DNA of 64,000 nucleotides, from positions 56,482,001-56,546,000 of the forward strand of contig OZ024740.1 in assembly GCA_964016885.1 (NCBI GenBank). Reading direction: 5' to 3'. Below are positions 49,150 through 63,700 of this stretch, piece by piece. Made by a program: the position numbers and the translations under genes. Origin of the DNA: Eledone cirrhosa (Eukaryota). The number at the start of each line of letters is the position of its first letter. The stretch's first letter is position 1. A model generated the notes under the pieces. The model was not told the origin of the DNA. It did not search any database and saw only the letters and a list, made by a program, of their open reading frames with translations.

Positions 49150-49755
49150 CTGCGCATTGACGTTTCCTTGAGGCTCGGCCTCCGGATCTGCGAGCCACAC
49201 CAATGTCGCTGTGGATCCACCGTGGACTCTTTCGGCCTCCACCTGCTTTCCTGTCGCCATAGTGCCAGCCGCCTTCCACGCCATGCTGCCCTCAGCGAGG
49301 TCATATAGCATGGCTTGGACGCTGCAGGCTTCCCTTCCCAGCTCGAGCCGGTGGGGCTGGACCGAGGGGACAGCAAAAGGCCAGATAGCATGACCATCTT
49401 CCCCTTCTGCGGTGGCAAACCCCTCGTCTGGGATGCCACTTGCACCCACATTTTCTGCAGTCTGCGACTAAACCAGGTTCTGCTGTACGTCGAGCTGAGG
49501 AGGCCAAACTCTTCAAATACCGGTCACTCTCCGACAGGATTGCAGTTGTACCCTTGGCAGTGGAGACTTCTGGTGTCCTCGGCCCTAGGGCTACCTCCAT
49601 ACTCACCACCATAGGCGCTGAGCTGGCCAGCCGCAGGTGTGAGCCCCGCGAGTTGGAATGGCTTTTCCAGTGCGTCTCCCTTGCCGTCCTCCGGGGAAAC
49701 GCCTTCTCTATTCTGTCCGTCGGGGCTGTGGGGAAGCACCAATATGATTGACTGA
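49150..49755 (+). mobile_element. CRE-clade non-LTR retrotransposon 3' fragment (restriction-like endonuclease)
   Basis: [28 protein letters not shown]...AEEAKLFKY...[11 protein letters not shown]...FQCVSLAVLRGNA, read across frameshifts. Confidence 0.85.
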
Positions 49756-50439
49756 CTTGTCATTTTATCAGTCAGATGTTATTAAACATGGTGAGACAAT
49801 ACATGTATTAGTTTATCATAACATTGCATATAACACTACCAATAGCATTATTAGTATTAGTCTAAAGTATCCTTTTATAATACTAGGTGGGTGTTTCTAA
49901 TTAAAACTTGAAATTCAGCTAGTTGACAATAACACCAGCAACTCTAACAACAGTATCAACACTGAGTAATAATTTCTTTGTGTGATGATCTGCAATCAAA
50001 GACAATTAGTGTTGGGCTGAAAGAGTAAATATTCACCTATATGAGATTTCCTAGAGGATTTCTATAAGTGTTGTTGCAGTAAATCCAAAGAGTGAAGTAT
50101 CAAATGTTTCAACCACTTGGTATTTGTCTGAAAATGTGGAATTTTCCTAATCTACACCTAAAAAAAAAAAACTACACGTTCTCTTTCTGCCTCACTCAGA
50201 CAAAGAACGACGGCACGAAATATTAGACCATTCAACCCCCTTGAGATCTGAACATATTGATCTCTTTCCAAAGACCTCCCATCCTAAGGATACAAGAATA
50301 TACATTTTTTAAAAGATGCTATAATTGATTGAAACCACAGTATACATTATAATACTGAGGTGTGGGTTTTTTTATTCGGAATATTGTCCAAGGTATTCAC
50401 AGCCATCTCTACCCCAACTCCTGACATCAGAGTGGTCAA

Positions 50440-51224
50440 TACTGTTGGGGTCCCGCTTAAAATTTAGCAGCTCCTCTTTTTGGGGAAGATAGGAGGAAGT
50501 TCTATAGGGTCAGCGTTCTGGCATAGTGGTTAGCGCAAGGTTAGTGAGCGTTAAACACAACGGAGGTGTTGAAATGAGACCAGGCGAATGAGTCAAGATA
50601 AGATCCTAACTATGTTGAGAAGTTGCGAACGTTTTCCCCATGAGAAATCTTCAAAATTTGTGAGGCCCAGCATTTGGAGTGATCTCGAGGGTAAAATGTC
50701 ACATGTTTTTCATGATTTTGAAGTATGATGATGTTCTCTTTAAGTGAGTAGTGATTATGCGGGAGAGTGTGTGTGTGTGTGTGTTTTGCTGTTGAAAGAG
50801 GTAGAAAATGGCATGATTCGTTAAAGATGTTTTACGGGTTTCTGGTCATGGAATCGGTGCAGATTTGACAAGGCTGCATGTAAGTGACACTTGGTGGTAT
50901 CATCAGCGTAAACGTGGGCGTTGTTGAGCGTAATTGTTAATAGATAATTGATGTATAGACGGAAGAGGGAAGAGTGTGCGGGCCAAACCGAAACTCTGGG
51001 GTACAACGAAGTTGATAGAGGAAGTCATCTATCCAAGAGATCACTGACGAATGGAGCTCATAGGTGGGCAGTTTTGAGGAGAATTGCATGACCGAAAACT
51101 TTGCTGATCTCGAGAATAATTATTTTCACAAAATTTCTCTAAGGCGCGAGTCCACTGGTGAATGGCATAGTAGAGTAGGTCTCCAGTAGATCTGCCTTTA
51201 CGAAAACTGTATTGTTTACAATTA

Positions 51225-51225
<1 letters not shown>
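50440..51225 (-). mobile_element. Old CR1/Jockey-group LINE RT fragment
   Basis: VPQ...LFRLYINYLL...HVYADDTT remnants. Confidence 0.65.
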
Positions 51226-51301
<76 letters not shown>

Positions 51302-51728
51302 TATGTGTGGAAGAGACAGATAGAGAAATAGAGAGAGGGGGGAGAGTAAGAGAGAGAGAGGAGAACTTCAGGGATAATAGCTGTCTCTATTACCTTTAAG
51401 AAATAATGTAGAAAGCAGAGTCGAGATTTTAAATCAGATTAAAGGAATTTAATGTGACACGCCATCATATCTGATGCTACCTTAATAATGGTGATAATAA
51501 CAATGATAATAATTTAAACGAGAGAAGTGCTTTCGTGAGATTGGACCCAGTATGTAATGTATGCTCAACTTTATAAACAAATCTAAGACATGCAAAATAA
51601 TTAATTGAAAAACACCCCTGAAGACGTTTGTGAATTATATATATTATGTCTATATGATAATGGAAATTTTCTAAATTTTGATGTGTAGTCAAATATTTAA
51701 GTTTTACTAAAATTCGATTTATACTTAC

Positions 51729-51953
51729 GAGGCACGGAGTTCTTTTAATGCTGTTTGCAAGAACGCTTTTAGCAGCAATAATGTCTTCCATGGTAATTTT
51801 TCGAGCAGGTTGACTCCGAAATGTTTCATAGAATTCACTCATGCTCCGTCGGAAACATTTTGATGGAATTGGCTGTTCGTGTAAACTTATACTTCTTGAA
51901 AGTTTTGGATCTGAAGAATCTGTTTTCTTTTCTTGCACCATTTTGGACTCCAT
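51729..51953 (-). CDS. Threonine/serine dehydratase (TdcB-like, PLP fold type II), coding exon 1
   Basis: ATG at 51953 has an in-frame TAA upstream and an acceptor (TTGTCCACAG) ending at 51990. It encodes 75 codons, MESK...ITMEDIIAAKSVLANSIKRTPCL, followed by a GTAAGT donor in phase 0. Confidence 0.85.
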
Positions 51954-52069
51954 CTTTGTTATTGTGTAAATCACTTCTTATTTTAGCTTCTGTGGACAAT
52001 AAGAAGGAATATATAACACAGAAACTGTTAAAGACTAAGATAACACAGACAAACACACATTTAACTACC

Positions 52070-53010
52070 GGCGTAAGCCCTCCCTGACTTCGAGGCTCAA
52101 TAGCAGTATCGCTTCCTTCTGCGACCCTTCATCTGCAAGCCTCTCAGCTCTCTCATGCTGCCCACCAACGCCGACTCAGTGCACACAGTCCGCTTCCGAC
52201 TGCACGAAACGTCTCCGTAACAGTGTCAACCTTAAACTAATTGAGGGTGACGTTTTGGTTGCGGTACGTGCGCTGGTATCGAACGACACTGTACACCAGC
52301 CCGCACCACATGTCCTAGCAGCGCTCCGTCTTAAACACCGGGACCCACCAGCCGACATCAGGGACATCCAATCCCCGGCCACTAACTTTTCTTTGGCCGC
52401 GTCAAGAGGGGGGTGTATTAGCTGCCCCAAGATCCTTCCCAGGGAGCAGCAGGGGCAGAGTTGATAGCCTGCGACCAGGCGACCTCAGAGACTTTATCTC
52501 ACCACAATCTAATGAGGCAGGAGTACTTTTGCTCCAGATGATCACAGCTCTCACCACATGTTTTCTCTGTGCCAACCTGCTACAGATGTCCAGCAAGGAG
52601 ATCCACTCGGCCCGCTCCTCTTTGCGCTGGCAGGTTACGGCGTTGCCCGCTCTGCCAGGTCACCATTCAGCATCTGGTACCTGGACGATGAGACCCTGGG
52701 TGATTCCGTTGAGTCGTTAGTTCAGAACCTTCGGCTAATCATCGCAACTCGTAAGCTCCTCAGACTTGAGATCAACCAATCCAAGTCCGAGGTGATAAAC
52801 GTTAGCTACGATGCGGCTCAATTCCCCGACGCCATAATCCGCATACATTCTGTCTTGTCAAGGGCTCGGCTACGCCCGAAGACGCTACCTGCATTCTCGG
52901 CTCTCCAATCCTCTCGAAAGCCATACAAAAGTGTCTGGACTCAGACCTGTCTGGACTCAGACCTGTCGAGGATGACGGAGAGGCTGCCTCTCATTGCGTC
53001 TCATTGTGAG
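52070..53010 (+). mobile_element. CRE-clade non-LTR retrotransposon RT fragment, internally deleted
   Basis: VQQGDPLGPLLFAL...WYLDDETLGD...LEINQSKSE, in a GC-rich island. Confidence 0.8.
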
Positions 53011-54239
53011 TTGTTAGTGCGAGCTGGAAAGTAAGTTCGCTGCATTCAATGGAAATACAAGTTATGTTTGTATTTCTGTCTTGATAACGCGCTATTGGGA
53101 TTTCTATCTCTCCCATTTATACCCGATTGATTTTGCATTTCGTCTCACACCACGATCAATAAAATATGCTCCATATAAAATACTGGGGTCGATATAATCG
53201 ATTGAAACTGGTTATAAATCCAATAAGTAAACCCAATGAAATATGTCCCATATCTCTAAAAAATTGCCTTGTTGCTAGAGAAAAATATAACACTAGCATA
53301 TGGTATAGCTATATAATGGTTAAGTTAATTAATCTAACATATATGTATATATTTTAATTAATGTTTGGTTTATGTTTGAAATAAAAGCTTGCTGCATAGA
53401 CAGATGAAAAGAAGATTGTTGTTTATGGGGTGGGGATAATTGAGTAAATTAACCTTAGTATTCTTTTTATACCGTGAAGTCACGAACAATAATGTGATTG
53501 AACCAATCACTGATTCATTACATTTCCGGTTATGACAGAAGTGGCAACAGGTGTTTATGTACATCGGGTTTGAAAGCTAGTATATTGTTGGCCGACATAA
53601 CTTGTGACGATGTCTGAACCTTTGTTCTAAATTCTGATAGTCGAGTACAGGAAGTTCTTGTCCAAATTGTAAGAATTTCTGTCTGGTTTAAAGTCTGTGA
53701 ACAGACATGATTGAATTGACCGTTCTAAAAAAGGAGTTCTTCATAGTGCGTTGGTAGATTTTGACTAGTGCTCATTTCGAATGGATTTCCTTCGATTTCG
53801 ACAATGAATATTCCAGTCTAGTCTTTCGATCACCAGAACAACATGCTCGTGAAAATAACCTGTATATAACTAGGTATTCCACACACACGCATAACCATAA
53901 CGTAATTCTGAGGGAGATTCAACGAAACACATTGTGCAAGAATGCTAACCCTTGAATTACAGATACTTCGGTGGGGCTTCCGAGCAGTTTCTACTTACTC
54001 AATTTCACTCTAATAGATAAGATTTGAACTGAAAATGTAAATGTCCGTAACCAAATGATGACAGAACGCACTGAATCAGTGTCTTCCAGATTCCACCACT
54101 AAACCACAATTAGTGACTGAATTAAAGTAAATCGACCACCACTGGTTTTCATGAGAGTGCGCCATTCCACCGAGCAATGGAACAGCATACTCAACAAATT
54201 AACAGGTACTGACTACGTATTACATAAGAACTCGTACCT

Positions 54240-54445
54240 ATAACCTTCAGTCTGATACGGTGCGTGACAAGGCTAGCCTTTTGAATTACATGTACAGTCT
54301 CTCAGACGGGCAATCAAATTTCACTAGCAACGGTCGGGTTGTCCCGATAGTATGTTAAAAGATACATGTTCATGATGCCACTAAGTAGGATCGAACCCGG
54401 AACCTCACGATTGTGAAGCGAACTTCTTCACCATTCATCTACGTT
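54240..54445 (-). mobile_element. tRNA-derived SINE, third family
   Basis: The minus-strand head has AATGGTGAAGAAG...GGTTCGATCC (B box). Confidence 0.6.
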
Positions 54446-55885
54446 GCACTCAAAGGGGGATGAATCAACCACTGAAATAAAGCTGTGAAAATATATACTT
54501 ACAGTTTCTGGATGAATATATTGAAATTGATCCAACTCGTACAATTCACTTAATGTTATATTTTACAGCTGCTACTACATTAATTTTCTTTAATTGTTTC
54601 TGTTTAGTAGCGGTGAAAAAGATACTGGTTTCTTTTTCTTTATCTTTTTTCTTTTGTTTTTATTTTCACAACAGAGGAATTGTATTAAAAACAATGAACA
54701 TCGCGGGAAAGGCCATATGGAGGATTAAACATTCATTAAAGATATGTCACAGATATTAATGAAAGTAATCTCAATATTAACAATTTAGATATTGGATAAG
54801 GCGGTCACTTGACAAAATCATTAGGGCGTTGTACATTTACCCGGCGTTCTGAGTTCAAATCCACCGAGGGCCACAATGCCCTTGGTAATTTCGGGATTTT
54901 AAAAGAAGTGTCAGCCCTGTGGTGATGCAACTCTTTCTCCTAAAGCTGGAACATCCTAGATGTTCAATTGAATAAAGGAGAAGCTCGATAATGTGTCTTT
55001 CCCGATTATGGTAATGCTACCAAATCGTATTTAATTGCAAATGACAGCTATAGTTCTGGTTTGTTTTTTAATTATGGGGTCATCTACTTTGTGAGCAAGG
55101 AAAGAAAGCATATGGAAATTATTTCGTTTTAGTTTTTTTTTTTTGTATTTTTTATTTGTTTTTTCTTAGAGTTACCGTTATAAGTAAGTGGTTTAAAATG
55201 CTGAAAATTTTATACACTTAATATTTAATATTTCATACTGGTTTCATGCCCATAGACTTTCCTCTTTCTTTGACTTATATACCTACAGCATGGAGTAATG
55301 AAACTAGATAGTCAATTAATTAATTATATTTTTGTCGTGAATATTTATTTAATGTTTATAATCAACTGATTGGATTAGCAGATTAGGTAGAACGCTGATA
55401 AAATACCATGGCTCTTTCCATTCTGAATTTAAACTGTGCTGTGGTTAACTTTGCATTTCACAATTAAAGAGCCGATAAAATAAAGTACCAGTTGACTACT
55501 GGAGTTGATGTAATCAACTTAGTCCTTCCCCCAAACTTGCTAGCCTTATGCCTAAATTCAAAATCAATATTTTAATTCAGAAAAAATAGAAAGAAAGAGA
55601 AAGACGAAAAGTATATAAAAACGAGAACATACTTCTATAGAAAGAAACAATTTTGGATATGCTTCATTTATTTGGATGGTTTCAGTTCCACAATAGATCT
55701 GGGGATCATGAGTAGAGCACATGTATGTGACTTGCCCACCTATTTGGAATCTACACTCACATGAGGTATAGATAACATTAAAAAAGAAGCAATGGTGAAA
55801 CATTTCCTTTACACATTTGAATCGGCGCCACATCTCTCTCCAGTGAACAGCTATATATGTATATGTGCGTGCGTGTAAGTGTGTC

Positions 55886-55942
<57 letters not shown>

Positions 55943-56955
55943 CTTGCTGGTTATGGATTTATTATTAATCGATGACCAGCGGATTCTCCACAGAATTTGA
56001 AACTAGCTTAGATGTGGTTTTTGTAGTCCGGCGGATTTTTGTGAGCTAAACTAAGAGGATCTGGCTGTTTCAATTGATGAAATTGTGAGTTCAATAATTA
56101 CACTGATTTCCTAGCTTAGGCTTCTGACTGGGGGTGTTGTATTACAATTACTCATATGCATTCGCTCCAAATGATTTCGCTGAGCAAATTGTAAACAACG
56201 AAATCTAAATCAAATTATCTGCCTTTCATCCTTTCGAAGTCTTTAAAAATAAATGCTAGTAATACAGCTGGATAGATTTAATCGACTCTACCCGTTCCCT
56301 AAATGAATGACTTTTACTAAAGCTGAAAATCAATATTCATTAGTTACCAAAATGTGTTGGATTGACAAAATCAGAAACAATATACATTAGGTTCTGAATT
56401 CGATTCCTGTTGGAGTTGACTTTGCCTTTCCTCCTTTCGGGGTCAATGAAATAAATAATTGACTTCCCCTACTCTCAAATTTGTGCCCAATATTTATTGT
56501 AAACCTAATAGTAGGAAATTATTATATACAGAGTTATTTGCAGATTTTGCTCTTAATATCATAAATTGAATGAACTGTCGATACTGAATCCTAGTAGTAG
56601 TAGTAGTAGTAGTAGCAGTAGCAGTAGTAGTAGCAGCAGCATCAGCAGCTGTTGCTGTTGTTGTTTAGCACCAGGTCAGCACTGGTCGCGCAGTTTCACG
56701 TTCAAAGGTATCCTAGCTGTGGCCATCTTGTCTTTTCTAACATCTGCTCTTTAAAAGAAGGTAGAATGTATTTTGAGATTGATTAGACTACTACCTCTAG
56801 CAGATCTAGTAACCAAGTAGAGGTTTCCTCTTTGTCACGTCCTAAATTCTTAGTTATGTATTTTGTTCGTTCGTCTGTAGATCGCAACCGAATACAACTG
56901 TTCTTCTATTGATGTTACTAATATAGCTGATACTGTCAACCCTTGGTACTCTTAA

Positions 56956-57845
56956 TATTAGGTATTAGGATTGGTGCTCTGAAATAGCGATGTATACATG
57001 AATGTATGTATAGTATATTTGGCAATATACCGTATGTTTAGAAGACCATACGCTATCAGTTTTAAAGTAGTGACTCTGTCACTTACTTCTTTTCGGCGAA
57101 AGAGGGGAGAGAAGTTAACAGTCTGTTTCACGCTGGTTGGCGATCATCATAGCCACGCACTCCACTGCTTCCGCCGAAAATTATAGAAGCTGGATTCTTA
57201 TAGAATTACAGTAATAATCAGGAGCTGATTATACAGAGCGATTGCCGGTCCAGCAGAAATTAGGTATTAGGATTAGTGCTCTAAAATAGCGATGTATACA
57301 TGAATGTATGTACAGTATATATGGTAATATACCGTATGTTTAATTAAAAACATTTAGAAGACCATACGCTATCGGTTTTAAAGTAGTGACTATGTCACTT
57401 ACTTCTTTTCGGCGAAAGAAGAGAGAGAAGCTAACATCGTTGGTTGGCGATCATCAGAGCCGCGCCAAAAAGAAGTAAGTGACACAGTCACTACTTTAAA
57501 ACCGATAGCGTATGGTCTTCTAAATGTTTTAATTAAACATACGGTATATTACCATATATACTGTACATACATTCATGTATACATCGCTATTTCAGAGCAC
57601 TAATCCTAATACCTAAGTTTTGCTGGACCGGCAACCGCTCTGTATAATCAGCTCCTCATTATTACTGGAATTCTATAAGAATCCAGCTCCTATAATTTTC
57701 GGTGGAAGCAGGGGGGGGGGGGGGGGGGGCGTGGCTCTGATGATCGCCAACCAGCGTGAAACAGACTGTTAGCTTCTCTCCCTTCTTTCACCGAAATGTT
57801 TTTAATTAAACATACGGTATATTGCCAAATATACTATACATACAT
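56956..57845. repeat. Tandem plus inverted array of a ~300 bp repeat
   Basis: 56956-57255 and 57261-57465 are direct copies, and 57465-57845 is inverted. Confidence 0.85.
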
Positions 57846-59697
57846 ATTAATATTACTCTTTTCAATACCAGACCTGTCAAAACTCCCTGGCTGACGGGGA
57901 GAACTCCCACCCACTTTGAGTTGGCTGAGAGATGTCTTCTCTTGTGAAAATAGGTATAGCATTCATTATGTACTCTCCATTTTGCCTCATTTCTCCTCGT
58001 GAAAGGCACCTTTTCATGGTACTCTCCGTTTGGGTGTTTAAATGTTGGCGGGTCTGCAATACGATGATTTGGCAGAGTCGGTAACGCATCTGATCACTCT
58101 GCTTTCCGATGCTCTACCGATACAGCTAATCCACGATTATATCGTATCATTCTTTACCGCGTACAAGTCAGCTCAATAGAAATAATTCTAAAAGAGCTTG
58201 TTATAGTTTGTTATAACTTAACTCGTAGATCTTTGATAAGCTTCATAATATATATAGGTCGTAGAATCATTCTTTTTAGACGAGTGAAACTACAGAACGT
58301 TCTCTAAGCTATGTCTACAGTACATAACAGATTTTGTAAAGTGGAGAACATAACACTGAAAAACATCGTGTTTATTGTTCCACCAATTTTGTCACACTAT
58401 CTATCTGATGCAGATAAGTAGTAGCAAACTAATTGTCTTATTTATTTCGTTCTATTCAATAAAGAATATATATTAAAGAATTTAATATTTAATTTCAAAC
58501 ATTTTCCATTTATTACTTTTTAAATCTCAAATTCTAGTCTCTGAATATGTAATCTCAGAATATTATATAATCCTATGACTGAAGGAGAAGGAGAGATTTA
58601 TATGAATAATGCTATATGTTTATAGCACAGAACAGAAGCTTTAAGACTTTCGAGGTAATGTTTTCTAATCAGTAATTGAAGAAAGTATTGATAAGATATG
58701 ATAGAAAGCCTACAGGTGTTATTTTCACAAAGACAGCACAGAACACGTTTTTATCTCCGTTAAATTCTCATTATTTCTTTCGACGAGTTTCACATTTAGA
58801 AATCTGATGAAATGATTTCGGAATTGAAAGTATTAGAATATTTAGCTTATCTGGTTTCACTATTTGAAGATAGGTTTAAGTGACATTATAAATTTTAGAA
58901 TAGTATCTCGTCCATAGTTATTCAGTTTATTAATTCAGAAATTCTATCTTTCTCTGTCGAATATCTTGATTCATAATTCGATTGCATTTAGTAAATTACA
59001 TTTATTGAAAGATTGAATCTCTTCCAAGGTAAAACTTCTGTATTCTGTTTCCAAATTATATGAACTTGATTCAAGCAAATTCCGATTTACTGAATTTCAA
59101 TGTAAACCACCAATCTGTAAATTCAGTCTTATTCAAAGGCAGCAAATTAACAGAGATTTCAGACCATCGGATTGAATGTTTTGCGGTATTTGCTCATGTT
59201 TGTTACTCTCGAAATTCAAATGCTATCGAGGTTAACTCTGTTATTCATCATTTCGGAGTCGATAAATAAACATTAACTCAAGACAGATGGGCGTGGGGTG
59301 TAATTATTAGAACACCGGGCGATATGCTTTGATATATCTGTTGCTGCTTTGGGTTTATATCTCCACTTAATGTAACAAAAAATATGGTAACATGTTTGAA
59401 CTAAGACCCCTATCATTAAAACATTCAAGGAACCTCCTTACAAGAATTGGCTAAATTTGCATGTGTTAATCAGAACAGCATTCATTGCGGCAATGAACAG
59501 GTTTGGATTAATTACGAAAGTATATTTAAATGTTCAGTTATATCATTGGTAGGCAACTAATTGACAGTCTTTAGAACGTGTTAAATGATGCCATATTTTT
59601 TCCTACTCTCTACATTTTATGTTCAAATCCGGCCGAAATCAACTTTGCCTTTCATCCTTTCGAAGTCAACAAAAGAAGAACCGCTCCGACTGGAGTC

Positions 59698-59752
<55 letters not shown>

Positions 59753-62363
59753 CGAAATCAGTTATGATTAGACTTGGAGAGAGATGTTCCTCGCCATGTT
59801 TTAAATGCCCAAGACGTGATTTATGTCACGATGGTACTCCTACGGCTCTATCAAGAGTTACGGGTCCATGGCAAGTACCATTAGCATCTTACTTATATTG
59901 CGAAGAATTTAGTGATTTACAATTGCGAAGCAGTAATAGTTTCCGAACGTCAGCAGGCATATGATCTTTTCCTTCCTTTATTCAGACGAAATGTATCCCA
60001 CAATGCACGCTATCCTTTTAAAACAATGATTGAGCATGATTTAAGGGACATTTGGCTACTATTTCTAGCAGTTCAAATGACCACATAGAGGCTTACAGCA
60101 CAACGTAGCCGTTTTTCTTAATTATTCAGACCTGAACATTGCAAATAATTTGCATAATTAAAAGTTGAAATTCCAGGTTCTAATTAGCCGATACAACTGT
60201 TAGATACTGTTAAAATGTACGGATTTTATATTATATGCCCATATACTATATAACCTTTATCCATTATATTTAAAATCTAGTGGCGCACTACGCAAAGTAG
60301 GTCCTCCAATTCGAGACCCTTCACTTATTTCACTATTGTCTTTAAGCAAAGCACGAATGTCAGACATTTAATAAACCCATTTAGTCTCTTTGATACCAAC
60401 TCGACCAAAACCGCCTCTATTTCTACGAAACAAAACCACCCATTTTAAATGCTTCCTATTTAAATTGAAATATTTGAAGCCAATGTTATGCAAGAACCTA
60501 TTGTTAAGTTACAAATACTATCTTGATAATATAAAATTAATTATCTTAGTAAACCCCTTTAGATTATTCATTAATAAATAGAAATGTAGTATATGTCATT
60601 AGAATTAAGGTGTGGAAAGGGTTAAGGTTGAGTACTTTTACTGGTTCCTGAATTGCCCCAATAATATTTACTTATATGGAAAAGAAAGGAGCTGAACGTC
60701 AAATCAAACCAAGGAAACTGTTTCCGTTGATCTTTCGATTGCTTATATTATCTGCGGGTCACAACTCCCAGCAGAAGCAACACCGTTTTCCTACAACCAG
60801 TGGTGGCTTTGAATTGAGAACACATTAGAGCCAGAACAGATATCGAAAGGAAGCATGACCGACACAATATAGATTCCACCGAGCCACCACCTGGATTGGT
60901 GCTTTATTCGTCAACTACGAAAGGATGAAAGGCGAGGTTAACTGTGGCGAGATTTGAACTTAGAGCGTAAAGAGCTGGAACAAATTCTGAGGCATTTAAT
61001 CCATGCACTAATCACTCTATAGATTGCCTATATATCCAGAGTTAATAATTTTCAATTGCAATATATATATCTTCTTGCCAAACTCAATTATAATAGAAAT
61101 CACAATGAATAAAATTCATTGTATTGATTCAGATATGTATGTCTAACAATAGGTACCATGCTAAGCATTTTGAGGAAGGAGTATAATCGATTAGATCGAT
61201 TTCACTATATAACTCCATATTTTATTGGTAGTGGAATAATTAAATCTAATTTGACACAGACGGGATTTAAACATAGAGCCTAGGGGGATGTAACTGAATA
61301 TAGCATGGCGCCGGCTCCGACCTTCTAGCGATTCTGCTGAACCATCACTTTGTTTCGTTTAAGTATTGAACAGCATTGTGTAATAGTATTGTTTTTCTTA
61401 TTCATTCTATTATGTTACTTCTAAGTCAAATACTTCCAGAAACTTTTACCAGAGCTATCGTGACTGACAATATAATAGTTTTCAAAGGTCGAGTGCAAAG
61501 ATACCTTTTGTCATTTTCGCAATCGGAAATGCAGTGAACCAGTGATTGGACCCTATATCCAGCAACACTATTGCCCTTTAATACTCTATAGAAACAAACA
61601 ACATAAATATACAAATGCAAAATTATAAAATGTTTCTATGGTGTGTTAGTAATGTCAAATAGGTACGTGTAGAAAGGTGTTTTATTTTGAATATATTTTG
61701 GCATTCTACTTCTCCATTCATACTTGGGAACTTGGCCAGTCTTTTATGAAAGGAAAAGAAAATATATTCATGAGATCCTATGCGTAATGATTTCATTTAT
61801 AATTCAGCTACTACGTCTGAACAGTAAAGTTCGACGGCTTAAATAGAGTGAATCGAAATAGTTTGAATAACTGTGGACATCCAAGCAACTAGTAAGCAAA
61901 ACCTCCTTCTACGTGTATTTAAAGTCTAAAAACGAGGAAGAATGATAACTCCAATAACTTCAGTGGTTCGAAATTTTAGACAATATAGACACTACAGATT
62001 GGGGTGGATCTTATAAAGCAGCGGACGAGTTTCGATCTTATTACACCTCCTTAGCGAAGCCTATTCTATACAGTTAGCAACACAATGGATGATCAATCTA
62101 CATATGTAAGGTCTCACATAGGTCATATAGTGAGTTGAACGTCATTTGGTTAAATAAGACTATCCAAGCAAATTAGTTACCAAAACACACTCTAAAGAAG
62201 TTTAAATCCTAAAACAAAAAATAAGAAACGCAGATAAAGCTAGTAATACCAAATTATCAAAATTTTGGACAATATACGCAATGTAGATAGTCGTCGATAA
62301 GGTGTTTTCCCAGAGAAATATATTTCTAAATTCATAACCGGCTCCATTGCATTCCATCTACTT

Positions 62364-62587
<224 letters not shown>

Positions 62588-62789
62588 ATTGAATATATAA
62601 GAGAGATAAACACATATATATATACATATATGTGTTCAAATCGTATGGGACCAGACTGGTTAATCTGTGTTTATCTGTGTTTATCTCTCTTTTATATTCA
62701 ATTATATTACACGGCCCGGAAAACTTTTTTGCTTGTAAGATATTATTTTATAAGAGACTATTTTGAGTTTCTAACTCAATATATACTTT

Positions 62790-62838
<49 letters not shown>

Positions 62839-63519
62839 GATATCAACTGTAAGTTGTGGGGTTTATTCTGCATGAAGAACTCAATGTAATCCAAATGTTG
62901 AAAATGTTGTAGGTTAAGATAAATCCAGGAAAACAATAAAACATTAAAAGGAAAACAGTCATGATATAAGTTAAAACAATGAAATAAAAAATCAAGTCAT
63001 TAGAGATATACTTCACTGCTTTACGATCGTTTCTAGGTAATGATAATAGATTGTAGCTATACTTCGTTATTGATCCATGTAAGCTTAGTTACAAAATAAC
63101 AGATAAAGAGAATATTTACTTACATGCATATCACCAGCTGTTTTCAAAAGCAATAATAATTTTATTCAGAATTAGTAGTATGTTAGTATCTTGTCGTTAT
63201 TTGGAGGTAGTTGAAAAACTAACCAATCAAATTGTTTTTTTCATATGATGTTAAGATGAAAAGTAATTCACTTTAGTTGAGGTCATGACCCTTTGAAAGG
63301 AATGGTTGAATGGTGTTAATAGTAGAATTGCCATAAACAAATCTATTAGGAGGAAAGGGATTGTCAAATTGATATTTGAATGTATCTGGTATAGTGGAGT
63401 TTAAAAGGAATGTAAAAATAAATGATGATTAGTGTTGTATGGAGTTTTTAGGTGAATATAAATTAAGGTCATGGCTAGGAAAGATAGTATATTAAAAGAT
63501 GAAAATTATAATAAGATAA

Positions 63520-63700
63520 TTGTTTCTACATTTGGCACAAGGCCATCAATTACCCAGTACATTACTGGTACTTTATTTTATCGACCCCGTAAGGATGAAA
63601 GGCAAAGTTAACCTCGGCGGAATTTGAACTCAAACCGTAAAGGGACGTAACTATGCTGGAAAGCATGGCGTCCGACCCTCTACCAATAATGCCAATCCAC
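63520..63700 (-). mobile_element. SINE, second family (older copies near 54800, 55370, 56390, 59550, 60890, 61150)
   Basis: Same core and B box. Confidence 0.88.

Noticed and set aside
60250-60625. piggyBac-like MITE ending AGGGTTAA
   Set aside because: The left terminus is too degenerate to confirm paired terminal repeats or a TTAA duplication.
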